Source: Tubiluchus corallicola | Taxonomy: Eukaryota > Animalia > Priapulida | Assembly: GCA_030141605.1 (NCBI GenBank) | Contig: JAQGDQ010000104.1 | Location: 372,001 to 436,000, forward strand | Length of the DNA: 64,000 nucleotides | Reading direction: 5' to 3' | In this document: positions 51,539-64,000 of the stretch, one piece after another | How the letters are laid out: each line of letters opens with the position of its first letter | Position numbering within the stretch: the first letter of the stretch is position 1 | Made by a program: the position numbers and the translations under genes | The notes under the pieces: generated by a model | What the model was told of the DNA's origin: nothing | The model's database searches: none | Seen by the model: the letters and a program-made list of their open reading frames with translations, nothing else

Positions 51539-52430
51539 GTTGTTACCTACATGCGTTAGCTGAATAGAAAATGACTGTAAATTGACAGCTTGACAGTCCA
51601 GATTTCAATAAATTACCGGTAGCCATTAGTCTTTGCTGTTTCCACCATTTTTGTGCAATAAATATAGATGTTTTTGCCTAACATTTTAGGTGTTAGTTGG
51701 TGGAAGAAGCTCTGGGTTTTTTATATGATATCATATTTCACGATCTTTCATAATTTTTGGTCATTTGATAATATTTACATTTGACTAAATTATATTTAGT
51801 TGTGCCTCTACACTATAGATGTAGACTATAGAGGCACTAAATAATTCCTCATAATTCATTCTATATTTTTTATATATAGAGATATACGCATTGTTACACT
51901 TGATGATGTAATGATGTAAATAAAGTGATGGTCAGCTCGCGAAACAGCGGACTGTGCCTGTAGTAGCCAGACTTTTTAATGGTCCGGATTTTGTCCGATT
52001 CTTCCAATCTCTGTAAAAAACCGTTTAAACTACATTTGTATTTTTTATTAATTAAATCTGCCTGGTGAAACAAATTTACGAATTGATGGGTTGATGCTAA
52101 TACTGCACAGATCCTACTGAAGAGCTTTCAAAAATTTTCATTCAAACTTAAAATGTATGTCTGTCTTATTAAAGACCTATTTTCATTAGTGGAGAATCAT
52201 GATTTAGGTCAGACCAACTTAATCTGCTTTCTAATAAGTATTTTCGCCATGTTGGCTTCTTGCATTTAATGCGGGCCAGCATTTTTGAATCCAAATATTT
52301 ATACATCTAGTCACGTATGTAATATAAACGTTGAAGATCAGGTTTGAATTTGTTCATGAAATTTGTGTACATTACTATGCCGTGCTCGCTGTGTTAAACA
52401 GTTAAACGGTGTCGTTTATAATTATCTCAG

Positions 52431-52535
52431 GAAGGGATTGATTACCTGAAGTCGACCGGGAAACGGAAGCTGCTGCAAGAACAAGGACTTGTTGCTAAGA
52501 TGCAGCGAGCCGGGACCATGACAGTGACGGCTGAG
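52431..52535 (+). CDS. TMxxTAxEG-repeat / AT-hook protein, exon 3 (EGIDYLKS...RAGTMTVTAE)
   Basis: Acceptor TTATCTCAG| and donor GAG|GTTTG; 105 nt, open, phase 0/0. Confidence 0.85.
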
Positions 52536-55500
52536 GTTTGAACTGTTTTAGTCTGGGTGCTGCACCCCCTCGGTGCACTTTTTTTGTCTGCTCACTCTGC
52601 TGTGTCTTTAGCAATGCGGTGGTTGCTGTGCACTCTGGGATGTGGCAATTCATTTTCTGTTTCTCTGTCTTTGGCTTTTTTCCCATGGAACTAGTTATTT
52701 CTTGCAGTGTTAAACACTTTGTACATATTTCTTCGAACTGTAATTATACATTATGACTTCCGTGCAAATCTATATTACTTAGCATTTCACTACCTGCTGG
52801 AAAGACTTATGTAACTAGACAAATAATTTAAAATGTTTGTGACAATTGGTAAAATGTCGCTGACTCACCCTCCAGGGTGCACCACTCGCTAGCCAAAACG
52901 TATTTTTAATCTTATTGACAAGATGCAGTAATTTAAATTATTAGTTAATTAGCAACATGTATGCTACGAATGCTCTTACTAGTTTTTCAAACTTTACTTA
53001 ATGTTATCAAAACTTGTTTCAAACGACATACCATTAAAATGGCTGCGCCTAACAGTCATCGCGGGAGTTTAAATTTATACTTTTTATACAGTGTTACAAT
53101 ACAGTGATGCAAGCCCCGCATGCAAAAAGGCAATATGTAAGTGGTATAAAACTTTGAGACAAATTTTTTAAGCTTTATGTAAGTGGAACGTTTTCTTGTG
53201 CTCTAAAGATTTTAGTGCTTTAAAATTTTCAAATCATTAATAAAAAGCAATTGCACAGACATCACGGATCTTACTTGATTTCATTTTGCAGTAAAAACGC
53301 TAATATTTGTTTAAAAATTTTGCACAGAAATTGCAGTTAAGTTGTGCTGATTGCATGGTGTTTCAAATGCTTAAATGACAAAGAATGTATGTAGTTTAAG
53401 TGGAAAATTATTCAAATCCGTAATTTTAGGTTCGCATTAAAATTTGAATTAAAAACTTGTTCGAATCAAATTCGAACATTTGATGCTCACTGTTAGTGAT
53501 CATTAGGCTTGTCAGATTTTTAACACATTTACATTGTTAATGAAGATGGTTTTCTTAAAGTGTTCTTTTTTCTCGTGAAATTTTAACCAGCTTTATGTTT
53601 TTGTGAATGTAATTCCATTCGAGTAGAAAAGGAACACAATGTTCATTGTACAGTTGCCATTTTGTAGTTTTGTTGTTTTTTGTTTTTTTAAATTTATGAC
53701 TAGTCTGCTTACATGTCAGCTTTGTTATCTACTTGTGTGTCATTTTTGTATTTTATAGCTTGCATAGTACACATACATACGTATACCTGCATACATACAT
53801 ACTATTGGTCACGTATGGGCCACCCAATAATGTGCATCATGGCTGTGCTGCATTTTTTTAACTAAAGCCTTTTCACCTTTCAGATTATTTTTCTTTTTTT
53901 ATGGCATATAGATATGTATATTAGTGCATTCATTGGTCTTATTTGAATGCTGGTTATTTGTAAACATTGTTTTTTTAATTAAAATTTAAAAAAATTCAGC
54001 ACGGGATACCAAACGGGGTATTTTATGCAACTTTTATAATAGATATAGCTACTGCAGTTTAAGTTTAAGTTTATTTATTTCCACACTGCATCTTAAAGCT
54101 ATAATAAAAATACAAATAATTTTCCACTGAAGTAAATATAAATATAAATGCAATATAATCCAGAAATTTCAAGAGAGAATCTTATGCAGCATACACATGT
54201 CCAAATTGCATTACAGAATAATTTTGATGCATACAGTTTGAGCCTAAAAGCATAGCTTGACAGGCCAAACTGTACGTGGAAATCTGAAAGAAATGATTAA
54301 TAATTGTAATAATGATAATATATACATAAATGTGGAGGGGAGTACACTATAAATAGTAGTGTAATGTATTTGTTCAGAACAGATTTCCTAACCCTTTTAG
54401 TGACAAACTGCAGAATTTCCAGATTTCAGCAGTGGCCTAATAGATTTTCTTCTGATAGCAAAGAGTTAAGAACACTAAAGTAAATCCTAGCGTAACCTTG
54501 GCTGTAACTACTGTACTGTTTGTTTGTATTACTACGTTTTCACAATTTGCCCCCCATTGGCAATCTACGTTGTGTTCTAGGTTTGGCTGTGTTGACCTAG
54601 CTATGTTTGTTTAGCACATTAATACTCATATTTTTGTCGACTGATAAGTAGCGCAGGATCAGCCTGCAGTCAGACAGAGATTGGGTTTTGAGGCAGAAAA
54701 TGTATTTGATTCGTAATTGGTCACACCCAGTTTCTACAGATGAAAAAAATGGAGTTTTACAAAAGTTACTATTTTTTCATTTTATCATTTCTGCCTGAGT
54801 GATGCCTGAGTTGTTTGACAAAAATAGCTTTACTTACGTTTTTTTCACACTTTAGTTGAAAGATATAATCAGCTCAGAACCTTGAACCAACATGGTCAGG
54901 GCACAGCCTTATTATTCGTATTTATTGCTTTATACATGCGAAAATTTGTAGGTTTACTGCCTTGCCTATTTTCTTAATGCAATAATGCTTATGTGGCTTG
55001 TCTGCTAAGTCAGAAATATATTTTAGTTGGTGTCTCCCGCACTTTCTTTTCGATACAAGTGCGAAAGTGTACTTTGGCGCGCTTTTCAACAAGCATTACT
55101 AGATCGATATACCCTACTTCCTGTTTAATTCTGGAAGTCTGCATTAAATTTAGTTGCAGTACCATTTCCTGCTTGGCTGACAGGAAAGTTATGAGAAAAT
55201 CTGATGTAGTTTTTAATATCCTGTAACTGCAACATCTTTATTCGTGGTTGTACTTACTTTGAGATACTGAAAGAAAATCCATTTTTTGCATTTTTGAGGT
55301 AATAGATTACCCATGTCACCGCAATTCCTTCAGGGTTAGATAAGGTCTTTGCTGACATTTAATAAGACTTCTAATTCAGAATTTTTTACAAGCACAGCTT
55401 CTGCAATTACGATTTTATTGAAAGGTAATAGTTGAAAAATGCTTTCCTGGGAATCCCTTGATTCGACTCTTATTGCAGAAGACAAGACCAAAATAGATCT

Positions 55501-55732
55501 GCCTTTCTCACAGTGCTCAAAGCTTTTTTCAACCCTGGCAGATTTCTCCCGGTTGCAACTTCACTTCCTTTTCAAAATTTAATGTCTCTATGCCACTTCC
55601 CTCTTCGACTAAGCAGAATTAGTCGATGCTAAAAAGTTCGAATTCAGTCTTCAGTTTTTAATTTTTCTGATCGATAGTGAATAGTGCTTTGAGAACAGTG
55701 TCATTTTTAACAGTGTTTCTTCTGCCAGCAAC

Positions 55733-56458
55733 ATGATGGAGTGGTTTCATCCTTACGCAGCTCAGTCTACAACTAGTGCTTTCAGATCATCACCTATCAC
55801 AGCTACAAGTGCATCTCACACCTCTTCTCGATCAGTTCTGAGCACCACTTTCTCCTCAGATGGAGCCGTGGGTGCTTCAACTTATTCCGCCGAAGAAGCA
55901 GCCTGTGAAGCAGGTTCTTCTGGTGATGCCACCTCTACCTCTGGTTTGAGTTCCTCATTCTTGGAAGCTGGGAGCTTTGCTACTGATCAGCCTGCGCGTG
56001 TTTTGTCATCGTCTGTCAGTCAAACTCCGACTGGTTTTAGTATCTCTGCATCTGATGGTCCAACCATTGTGAGTTCCGATTCTTCAAGTGCTAAACATTC
56101 TGTTTCAAGTCAGTCGTCCTATCAAGTTCAAGGTCATTTAGATGCTGCGCTTCAGTCATCCGATCAAGTTCAAAGCGATTCGGATGCCGCAAGTCAGTCA
56201 TCCAATCAAGTTCAAAGCCATTTGGATGCTGCCCGTGATGATATTATTGTTTCCAATGCTTCTGGAGGTTCTTCTTCGAATACAGCGAATGTTTTGGGAA
56301 CAAAACACAAAGCCTCAGTTGTGGTAAATACTTTACTTCATGTATGCGTTTCTGGCTTTTATATGTTGACTGGTTTCTTTGCTTGTGCATTTTGGCTTTC
56401 TGGTAGTCTTTGTTACTTTCTGAGCCTCAGCAGAAGGTTGCTGGTTGAGTATAAGTGA
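55733..56458 (+). CDS. Ser-rich 241-aa ORF with three 14-aa repeats and a hydrophobic C-terminus, nested in intron 3
   Basis: Long ORF for AT-rich DNA; in-frame 42-bp repeats at 56108-56233; the in-register antisense frame contains several stops. Confidence 0.5.
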   Translation: MMEWFHPYAAQSTTSAFRSSPITATSASHTSSRSVLSTTFSSDGAVGASTYSAEEAACEAGSSGDATSTSGLSSSFLEAGSFATDQPARVLSSSVSQTPTGFSISASDGPTIVSSDSSSAKHSVSSQSSYQVQGHLDAALQSSDQVQSDSDAASQSSNQVQSHLDAARDDIIVSNASGGSSSNTANVLGTKHKASVVVNTLLHVCVSGFYMLTGFFACAFWLSGSLCYFLSLSRRLLVEYK

Positions 56459-56512
56459 GTTCACAGAAATTGCAAATTGAGGTATTAAAATGTGTACTTG
56501 GTCATTTTTTAG

Positions 56513-56687
56513 GAGGGTGGCCAGTTCTTGAAGACGCAGGATGTGAAACTGGATGAGGATGCAAAAACTCGACATCAGCAGGACCAGCTGAATGCAATCA
56601 ACTCAGAACAACCTCCAGCCAAGAAGGCAAAAGGGCGACCAATGGCCATGAAGAAGTCTCGAACAATGGCACAAACATTAGAGGAAG
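56513..56687 (+). CDS. TMxxTAxEG-repeat / AT-hook protein, exon 4 (EGGQFLKT...PPAKKAK...KSRTMAQTLEE)
   Basis: Acceptor CATTTTTTAG| and donor GAAG|GTGGG (phase 1); NLS-like PPAKKAK. Confidence 0.83.
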
Positions 56688-58408
56688 GTGGGCTGCGTAG
56701 ACTATAGAGAATATATAAAAGTTTCAATAAGTTTGTAAATGTTTCTCCATTTGTGGGCATGGCAGGCATTCATTAGCTAATTTACCTTCAGAGTTTAGGA
56801 CTTTAGGAATTGACAGTTGCACTTTTTTCATTTTGTAATACAGACTTAATTTACCCGCTAGTTTAGGACATGTTTTTCCATACTGGTGTAGTTTTGTTTT
56901 TCCTCCATTCCCCAACTAAGTCTGTCTTTCCAAAGTTATCCCAAGCTGGTCAACCATTTCACCATTTTCAACACCGTATAGCTCACAATAGAGTGATTCT
57001 AACTAGTTAGATGATATATATTTAGATTAATTTTGAGCCTTCTTTTTTTGCGGGTTATGGGGCATATTAACCAATAGGCTAACTAGGCTCATTTTCCTCG
57101 GAAAATGTGTATACTTTCATATTCATGTAAAGGGCACATTTTATGACACACCACAGGCAGTTACTGAGTGCAACTGCGTGCATAAGTGCCACATAATGAA
57201 CAGGTGTGCTATGCAGATATATGTAATTAATAATGACCATGTTGAAACTAGGTTAATAGCGTTTCTAGTACACCACAAGTAATTGTTTAATCTGCTCATT
57301 ACATCAACAATCATAAATTCACCACAGAGTTGGCAGGACAGAACTTTCAGCCTAGGGCATCGTAAGGTCTTGATACGCTCCTGGTTATGCTGTCGGCCCT
57401 GGCTCAAATCCAGGCCTGTTCCCACTTTTCATGTTTCCTCTCGAGTTTATTACAAATATGATAAAATCCCGCACCTGCAAAATTTTTGCACCTTTCCTTC
57501 ACAGTGTGCCTGTGATGGAATTGTTGCTCAACTAAGTCTAACATTCACATATGAGATAACAAAAGCTATAAATCCATAACACTGCAGTGTGGATATATTG
57601 CTATGCAGCAGTTGCCATCTCCGTGACTGTAGGATTTTGAGATTCTATTGACAACTCGATGCACATTAAACTGCAGGGATTATATAATATTTAGATATTA
57701 TTGATGTTTCTAAGGCAAAAATTTGATGGTACGGTAATTGTGAATGCATTTTGCCTGAATTTGCAAGGTTTTAGATCAAAATTCTTTATGCGTAAAAATA
57801 GATCTGCATTTACCTGCTTGGCTTAGCCTTCCTTATTCATGCAAAGGAACAGATCAGTCGATAATCTTCTTATTTTTGTGTCGCTACCCCAGATTTTTGT
57901 CGCGGATACGTATCACTATCCTCATTAGCCTTACTTTTTTAACCAAGCAGAGGTGTATCAACCAATGGGCTAACTGGGCTAGGGCACCAAAGTTTTAGGG
58001 CATCACATTTTAAGAAAAATCCTTATTCTCTCCAGAAAATGTGTATACATGTACTTTCATATTCATGTAAAGGGTACATTTGACAATCTTTCAAATTTTA
58101 TTTATGAGACAATTGAGGCAAACCACGGGAACATGAAATTTAAATCAGGAACTGCAGTAAATAGACGTTTGCAGAGCCACACTTTGAAGCTTTACTCTTT
58201 GTTAATCTGTTTGTTAATGCTGCTGTCAGCGATATCTTTCGTCATGTGGAAAGGTTTCACTTGTATTGATAAAAGATCTTAAAAAATACAAGTACTGTTG
58301 AAAAAAAAATCATCATTATTTAACGTCGGTTTTTGGATTAGATTAACGTAAGCTCAAAGAGTTTTTTGCCGACTATAAATAACAATTCTACATCTACATA
58401 ACAGAGAC

Positions 58409-58562
58409 TATTATTACCCCACTTTTGTCTTAAATAGCATGCGCCAGGCAGGGCAACGGCAGATACCATTTTTTAAATCTTTGGTATGACCCAGCCACTG
58501 TATCGAACTCACAACATCCCAGATAGAAAGCGGGCATGTTACCACTAGACTAAACCATCTGG
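58409..58562 (-). mobile_element. tRNA-derived SINE with Meta/MESC-like domain
   Basis: The minus strand reads A-box TAGTCTAGTGG, B-box GTTCGATAC, then GGGTCATACCAAAGATTTAAAAAATGGTA; same family as 15550-15700. Confidence 0.7.
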
Positions 58563-58589
58563 TCACAAATGATTCTCTTGTTTTAACAG

Positions 58590-58708
58590 CCAAATCATTG
58601 TTGAAAGGCGTTGACACGTCAAGCGGACGACAGACACGATCTCAAGCCAAAGGTATAGTCTATGAGCCACCAAAGAAAAGAGAACGGCCAGCAAAGGGAG
58701 CCGCAAAG
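58590..58708 (+). CDS. TMxxTAxEG-repeat / AT-hook protein, exon 5 (AKSLLKGVDTSSGRQTRSQAK...PPKKRERPAKGAAK)
   Basis: Acceptor TTGTTTTAACAG| is phase-1 compatible (G+CC=Ala); donor AAG|GTAG, phase 0. Confidence 0.8.
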
Positions 58709-60261
58709 GTAGTTGAGGCTTTAATTGTTTTAAGGCATTGTCTGAAAGACATTGTTTAGACATTATTTTATTAGCAAACAAATCTGATATGCAACGTACA
58801 TACATACATTTGAACAGAAGAAACAATAGAAAGTTAAAATGATTTGCTAACAGGTTCAGGAGAATCTATATTAAAGCCGCTCCATAAAAAGTTTCATTGT
58901 TCAGTATTTGTACAATGTATTTGAAAGACATTGTTACTGCTTGGGCTCACGCGTTCTTCGATGTATGTTTTCTGGCATAGCAAAAATGTCCGTAAGTCGG
59001 CAATTAAGTTTTCCTAGTTATTCATATATCCTGAAGCTCCATTTCATGAGAATCATTTTGATAACAAGCTCATTGCTCTGTGTTATTGCTAAGCTGAGTT
59101 AATCCATGTTGAAGTTGAGGTGCACGATACTCACTGGAAAACTTAATCTTGAGAAAATTGCTGTTAAAGTTACCGATTGATTTTTGTCACGTTTATACAA
59201 AACACTTAGCAACCGCACAAATGTTGGTTGCTTTGGACTTTGCAAAAACACAAGTTATCTTTAACTCCAGCAGATGGTTCTTCCTGACAAAGATCTGGAC
59301 TTGGCAACAGAAAAAACCTGAAGCAAAATGACTGCTTCCACGAAGTGCTAACGGAGTTTGAAAATAGGAGTTTTTTACAATTGCAGTACTAGTTTCTAGG
59401 CAGAAAAGTTGATGTGGGATTATAAAATTAGATTTCTAGTATTTTTTGAACATTTTCTTGATAATTTGATGCTAGAATATAAAACTCCAATATGTTTAGC
59501 GTTTTTTTATAAAGGCAAATAATTAACGATTGACCAAATTTTTTTATGCATACTACTTTAAGCATCATAACATAGTTTTAACTATGCCGACTTATGGACG
59601 GTTTTGGTTTGCAAGCACACATAATCCTACGAAAGTGATTTTTGAAGTACCAAGTTTCCTTGTACACGTTTTTTTACATAGTATTTAAATCATATTTTTA
59701 ATACTATTGAGGCAAACCTGTAACATTTCATATGTTTAATGGGCAGAGAGGCCACTGTCCAATGTTTGGCTGTTGTCATCACCAAACTTTCTGTGTTTTG
59801 TTCTATCTTGTCCTAAAATTTTGAAGTTAAGGTGCCTAGCTTACTTGGTGTAGCTACCTGAAGTTAGGTGTACCACCAACCCTTTCTCGAAATTAATACA
59901 TAGAAAAACTGCTCACATAAAATGTTTTTCTCAAATAAACACGTCACTGTGTGTTTAAAGTGATTATCTTCTGGCCATTGGTGAATAGACTCCAGGACAG
60001 ATACTCAAACTTCACAGAGCCAAAAATTTCTGTCTTATTGGAATTTTATTTACTTTTATTCTTGTGAAATTAACCTCTAATTAAGTATAGTGGTGTAACA
60101 ATTTATTCCTTGCTACTTTCAGAAATAGGTTCCTAGTTGATGTGAAAATGACTTCAGTTTAGGCTACTGAAATTCGTTGACTTTATTATGGTACATGAAC
60201 GTGGTTCATGCTCTAAAACTTGTTTTTTCCCAATCATTGGTGCATTTTCTTCTTTAAATAG

Positions 60262-60387
60262 AAACCGGGAAAGCGCGGTCGTCCACCGAAGGAAAAGAAG
60301 GAAGATGCTGAACTACCACATAAGGATCAAGCTGACGCCGGGAATAAAGCTGCCGACGACACTGCCACGAATGATAAAAGTGATTAA
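60262..60387 (+). CDS. TMxxTAxEG-repeat / AT-hook protein, terminal exon (KPGKRGRPPKEKK...NDKSD*)
   Basis: Acceptor TTTTCTTCTTTAAATAG|, phase 0; AT-hook core KRGRP, acidic tail, TAA at 60385-60387. Confidence 0.82.
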   Translation, partial: KPGKRGRPPKEKKEDAELPHKDQADAGNKAADDTATNDKSD

Positions 60388-63300
60388 CAAGTGTTTGTTT
60401 GTAAAGTTCTGCAACAAGTGTAATTACGATATAATCACCGTGTTTTGATCGTTGATTATAGTTCGACAGTTCTTTGTCGTCTTTTCGTGTGTCAACGTCG
60501 TTTTTCACTAGATCTGGTATTCGTACAAGAGCTGCTACAGCGTAATCGGTAGACACTGTATTATAATTATTATCTTTTTATTATATTTTTCAGCTAAGTG
60601 TTGATTTAATAATTTGTGACTTGGTGAGTTTCCATTTTTACAATATTTAAGAACAATTTTAGAACAGGTGTGGTTTTTTCGTTTTTGAAACTTTTATTGC
60701 CAGGAGTGTAATACTTCACTTTCCTGGCATTAATGTTTGCAACAACTGTTAAAAACTTTCGAGTAACATGTGCTGCCATCTGTTGCATGTTGCCTTAAAG
60801 AAAAAAAAACCAAGTTATCATGTAAAATCGTCTTCGTGTTACCTGAATCTACATTTTTCATTTCTAAAAAAGTACAACAGGGGTATTACAGCATTGATGT
60901 GCTTTGTAAATTAATCTTGCCTGCATGTACTATAGCTTTGGCATTATAAGATAAGGTCTAAGAATGGAAAATTTCCATGTATTTGATTTGGATAGCCAAT
61001 GGGCAACGATTGTCCACCTAATGCAGAGCATGCTCTTGGTTTTACAACATAATAGATTTGCGTAAGATTTTGAGAGTTACCACCAACTTCTGTACCTCAT
61101 CTGTACCACCAACCTTCAAGTTTAGCAAATTTCCTACCAACCTTCGAGTTTAATAAATTTCCTATGAATTTATTATTCGAGGTTACTTTTTGATCTGTCA
61201 ATTTTGACTAAGTGTGTTACTGCACAGAATAACTAAAATATAGTTTTTGTCAAACGCCTTATCGAAACCACTATTATTTAATGTTTTGAAGTGACCTTTG
61301 ACCCAGAAGTAGAAAATATAATTTGCTAATGCCCTTTGGATTACAAGTGCTTTTCATTAATCTTGTATGCTCATTAGCCAATTTCCGACACTTGACATGG
61401 TATTCATATTCTCAGAAGAACACTAACTTATTTTCAAACTAACGATTTCATTGCCCAGTTGTTTCTACAATGTTCAGACGCAATATTAAAGTCCGTAGTG
61501 TGCATGGTCATGTTGTTAATTGTGATATATAAATCGATGCAAAAAGATTTTTTATCATCAAATATATATGTACACTCGTCATATCATTTACTTTTATCAA
61601 AGTTATACCAAATAGTTTACCGCCTCCATCCCAAATCCCCAGTCTATTTCACTTTTATACTGAGCATGCATAGCGGCACCTTATTTAGTTCAGCTTTGTG
61701 ATGCAGGTGTGAAGCTGGTAACATTTCTTGATTTTGTTCCATCATATGGCTGTGCAGCCATACTCTGTAAAAATATTTGATTGACCATCGGTATTTACAA
61801 CAGGAAGTGTATAAATATTGTTGCGGTATTGTTTGTTCTCAGAGACAAGAAAGTATTGCCAATAGTAACAAAATGCTGTAAATCTTGCTATGCAAAAATA
61901 ACATGCACTTAACAGTTGTTTTATGACTTAGTTGCAATATTTTTCAGCTAAAGGTAACTTGGCTCGACTAAAATATTTTACTGTAAAGCTTTAAAGTAGT
62001 TGTGTGTAACGAGGATAGTTGAATTGAATTTATATTATTGAAGCTCTTCTCTTAAAAGCACGTACTTTTAGAAATGGGCTTCGCACAGGTAGCCAGCTTT
62101 TAAAACCACAGATTTTGAGCCGTGCAAAAAAATTGGGCATGTTCTTTGCAAAAATATGTTTTCATGCATTCCATTAGTTTGATCTTGAATGTTGGGCGTT
62201 TTCAATTGATGTGCTTTGTGTTTTTTTTGCAATTAGCATTTTAATTAAGCAACTCTTATGAATTGTATTGCTGATCTTAAATTGAACTTTGCGAGTCTGG
62301 TTTATTGACTTAAATTTGTTGCGCTTAGTTGAGTGTTTGTTCGATTCTGACCCACGTTTATTGATTTTAGTGTTTGTCTGCATGATTTTGCATTTTATCG
62401 TGTCATAATTAGCTACTTGATAATGCAGATGAGTTGTTTAGCTTAGTTATTGTTTAGATTAGTCACATTTATGCAAATGTATTACAGTGTTTGTGAGCGT
62501 TATTATATCTATTAGTCATTATATGGATTAGTTGCTGTGTTTTGTGCATTTTTATAAGCTATTTACTGCAATGTGTTGACTGTGCATGTTAATTTGTTTA
62601 TTACGGATATTCATTCTATTTTATCTGTAGATTTTTGAATGATTTTTAACATTTTCGTTTATCTTTTAAACTGATGTTGGTTGTTGATACGTCTGCCATT
62701 GTACCGAGTTTAAGAAATTATTAGTCTTGCTTTAAACACAGTGTTACCTTAATTTGTGTATGATTATTCGTTTAATTATTTATGCTACCTATAAAATATT
62801 TGTTTACCTCTTATGATCCGTAAGTAATGTGAGATTAGCGTGATATAATAATAACAGCATTTGTGTGAAGTCAAAAGGAGAAAGTATGATAGTCAGAGTA
62901 TTCAAAGTTATTAACGGGCAGTTGCAGTCCCATTACCAGGCTTGTAGGAATTTGTTTTTCGCATTAAATTTTGCAGAGTTTTCGGAACACTGAGGTCAGC
63001 AGTAGTAAAATAAAATTTTAACAGTTTTGATTCAAGATCACCACTCACCAGTGCTATGTGCACTGGTACTGCACTACGTTTGAAAATAAATTGTTAAGCT
63101 AAATATATTTTAAATATTTTTAGTCAATTTGCTAGTCTTGATAGTAGTCCAGAACATTATGGTTTGTCACAAATGTCAGAGACTGTTTTGTTCAGTTACA
63201 ATTATTTTAACGATGTAGTATAACAGCATTTAGTTAGTTCTACATTTGTTAATGCTTTTTAAGACCTTCTACGTTGTTCTGACAATGTTCTGATTGCAGT

Positions 63301-64000
63301 TGTCAATATACATCTGCTTAAATTTCCTCCACAGTTTACAGATGGAAATACTGCATAAGTCGAAGGTTTTCATTGCCCACCTTACAGACTTTTGCATGTA
63401 TTCGTGCATACAAATTGTCTGGGTAGTTACTCAAAATTTAATAATCATTGGTTTACTATTACCATTTTTTGTTACCAGTCCATGCAGAGTCTAAAACTTT
63501 TGGCTGTTTAATTACATGTGTTTCTAAATTAAATTGTCTACACTGATTAAAGGAATTCTTCTGTATCAGTTTAGTCATACATTTGTCGTAATTATATATG
63601 TATCAGTAAATCTGTAAAATTTCTAGAATTATCTTTGTTTTATTATGTATGTTTTTAGTTTAGTAAAATGACAGATTGATTTATAATAATAAACTGAGTG
63701 TGTTGTGTAAAGATGTGTGGAGATAAAATAAATTAGTGTTTTAGTATACTTATTGGTTGTCTGACCATGTATTCATTTCAATTTGTTGAATTTAAACCTT
63801 TATTTCACAATTTCCTCCATATAAAACACTGGTTGAAAAAGTATGAAATAAAAGATAATAAAATACAGACAACCTCGGGTATAAGGTAATCGCTTATAAG
63901 GGACTGCCATCACTGGTCCTGATTTTTCGTAACGTTTTTCATTATAAAAATCGTCGCATATAAGGTACTCGGATACAAGGGAGTTTGGGTTATAAGGGAT

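Noticed and set aside
60188-60556. ORF-track ORFs 60188-60448 (+) and 60254-60556 (-)
   Set aside because: Alternative-frame shadows of the terminal exon at 60262-60387.
60600-64000. Short ORFs in the final 3.4 kb
   Set aside because: AT-rich sequence with no coding signature; probably 3' UTR or intergenic.

Overview
AT-rich, repeat-rich animal genomic DNA, probably from a lophotrochozoan-type invertebrate (inferred from spliceosomal introns, RTE-group LINEs, Meta-domain-like SINEs and a corazonin-type receptor). (1) 0.8-25.7 kb: a cluster of five copies of atypical cadherin-fold membrane-protein genes, each with an intron-free coding region, in two subfamilies arranged A1> A2> <B1 A3> <B2. 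Each encodes a signal peptide, about 5 EC-like domains with degenerate Ca2+-binding linkers, one TM helix and a roughly 10-aa tail. A3 and B1 are intact. A1 (deletion), A2 (52-bp insertion) and B2 (LINE insertion plus 3' truncation) are disrupted. A1 and A2 lie in a recent ~5.3-kb tandem duplication that appears to continue left of the window. (2) 35.4-38.2 kb: the last two coding exons of a corazonin/GnRH-family GPCR. (3) 45.7-46.0 kb: a small single-ORF membrane-protein candidate. (4) 49.7-60.4 kb: a six-exon gene not represented in the ORF track. It encodes a predicted 246-aa protein with four TMxxTxxE(G/A)xx(Y/F/L)L repeats, an AT-hook and an acidic tail, and has a 241-codon Ser-rich ORF nested in intron 3. 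Scattered throughout are RTE fragments with TSDs, hAT-type MITEs, foldback-like elements, SINEs and long microsatellites. All alignments and counts were made by eye.
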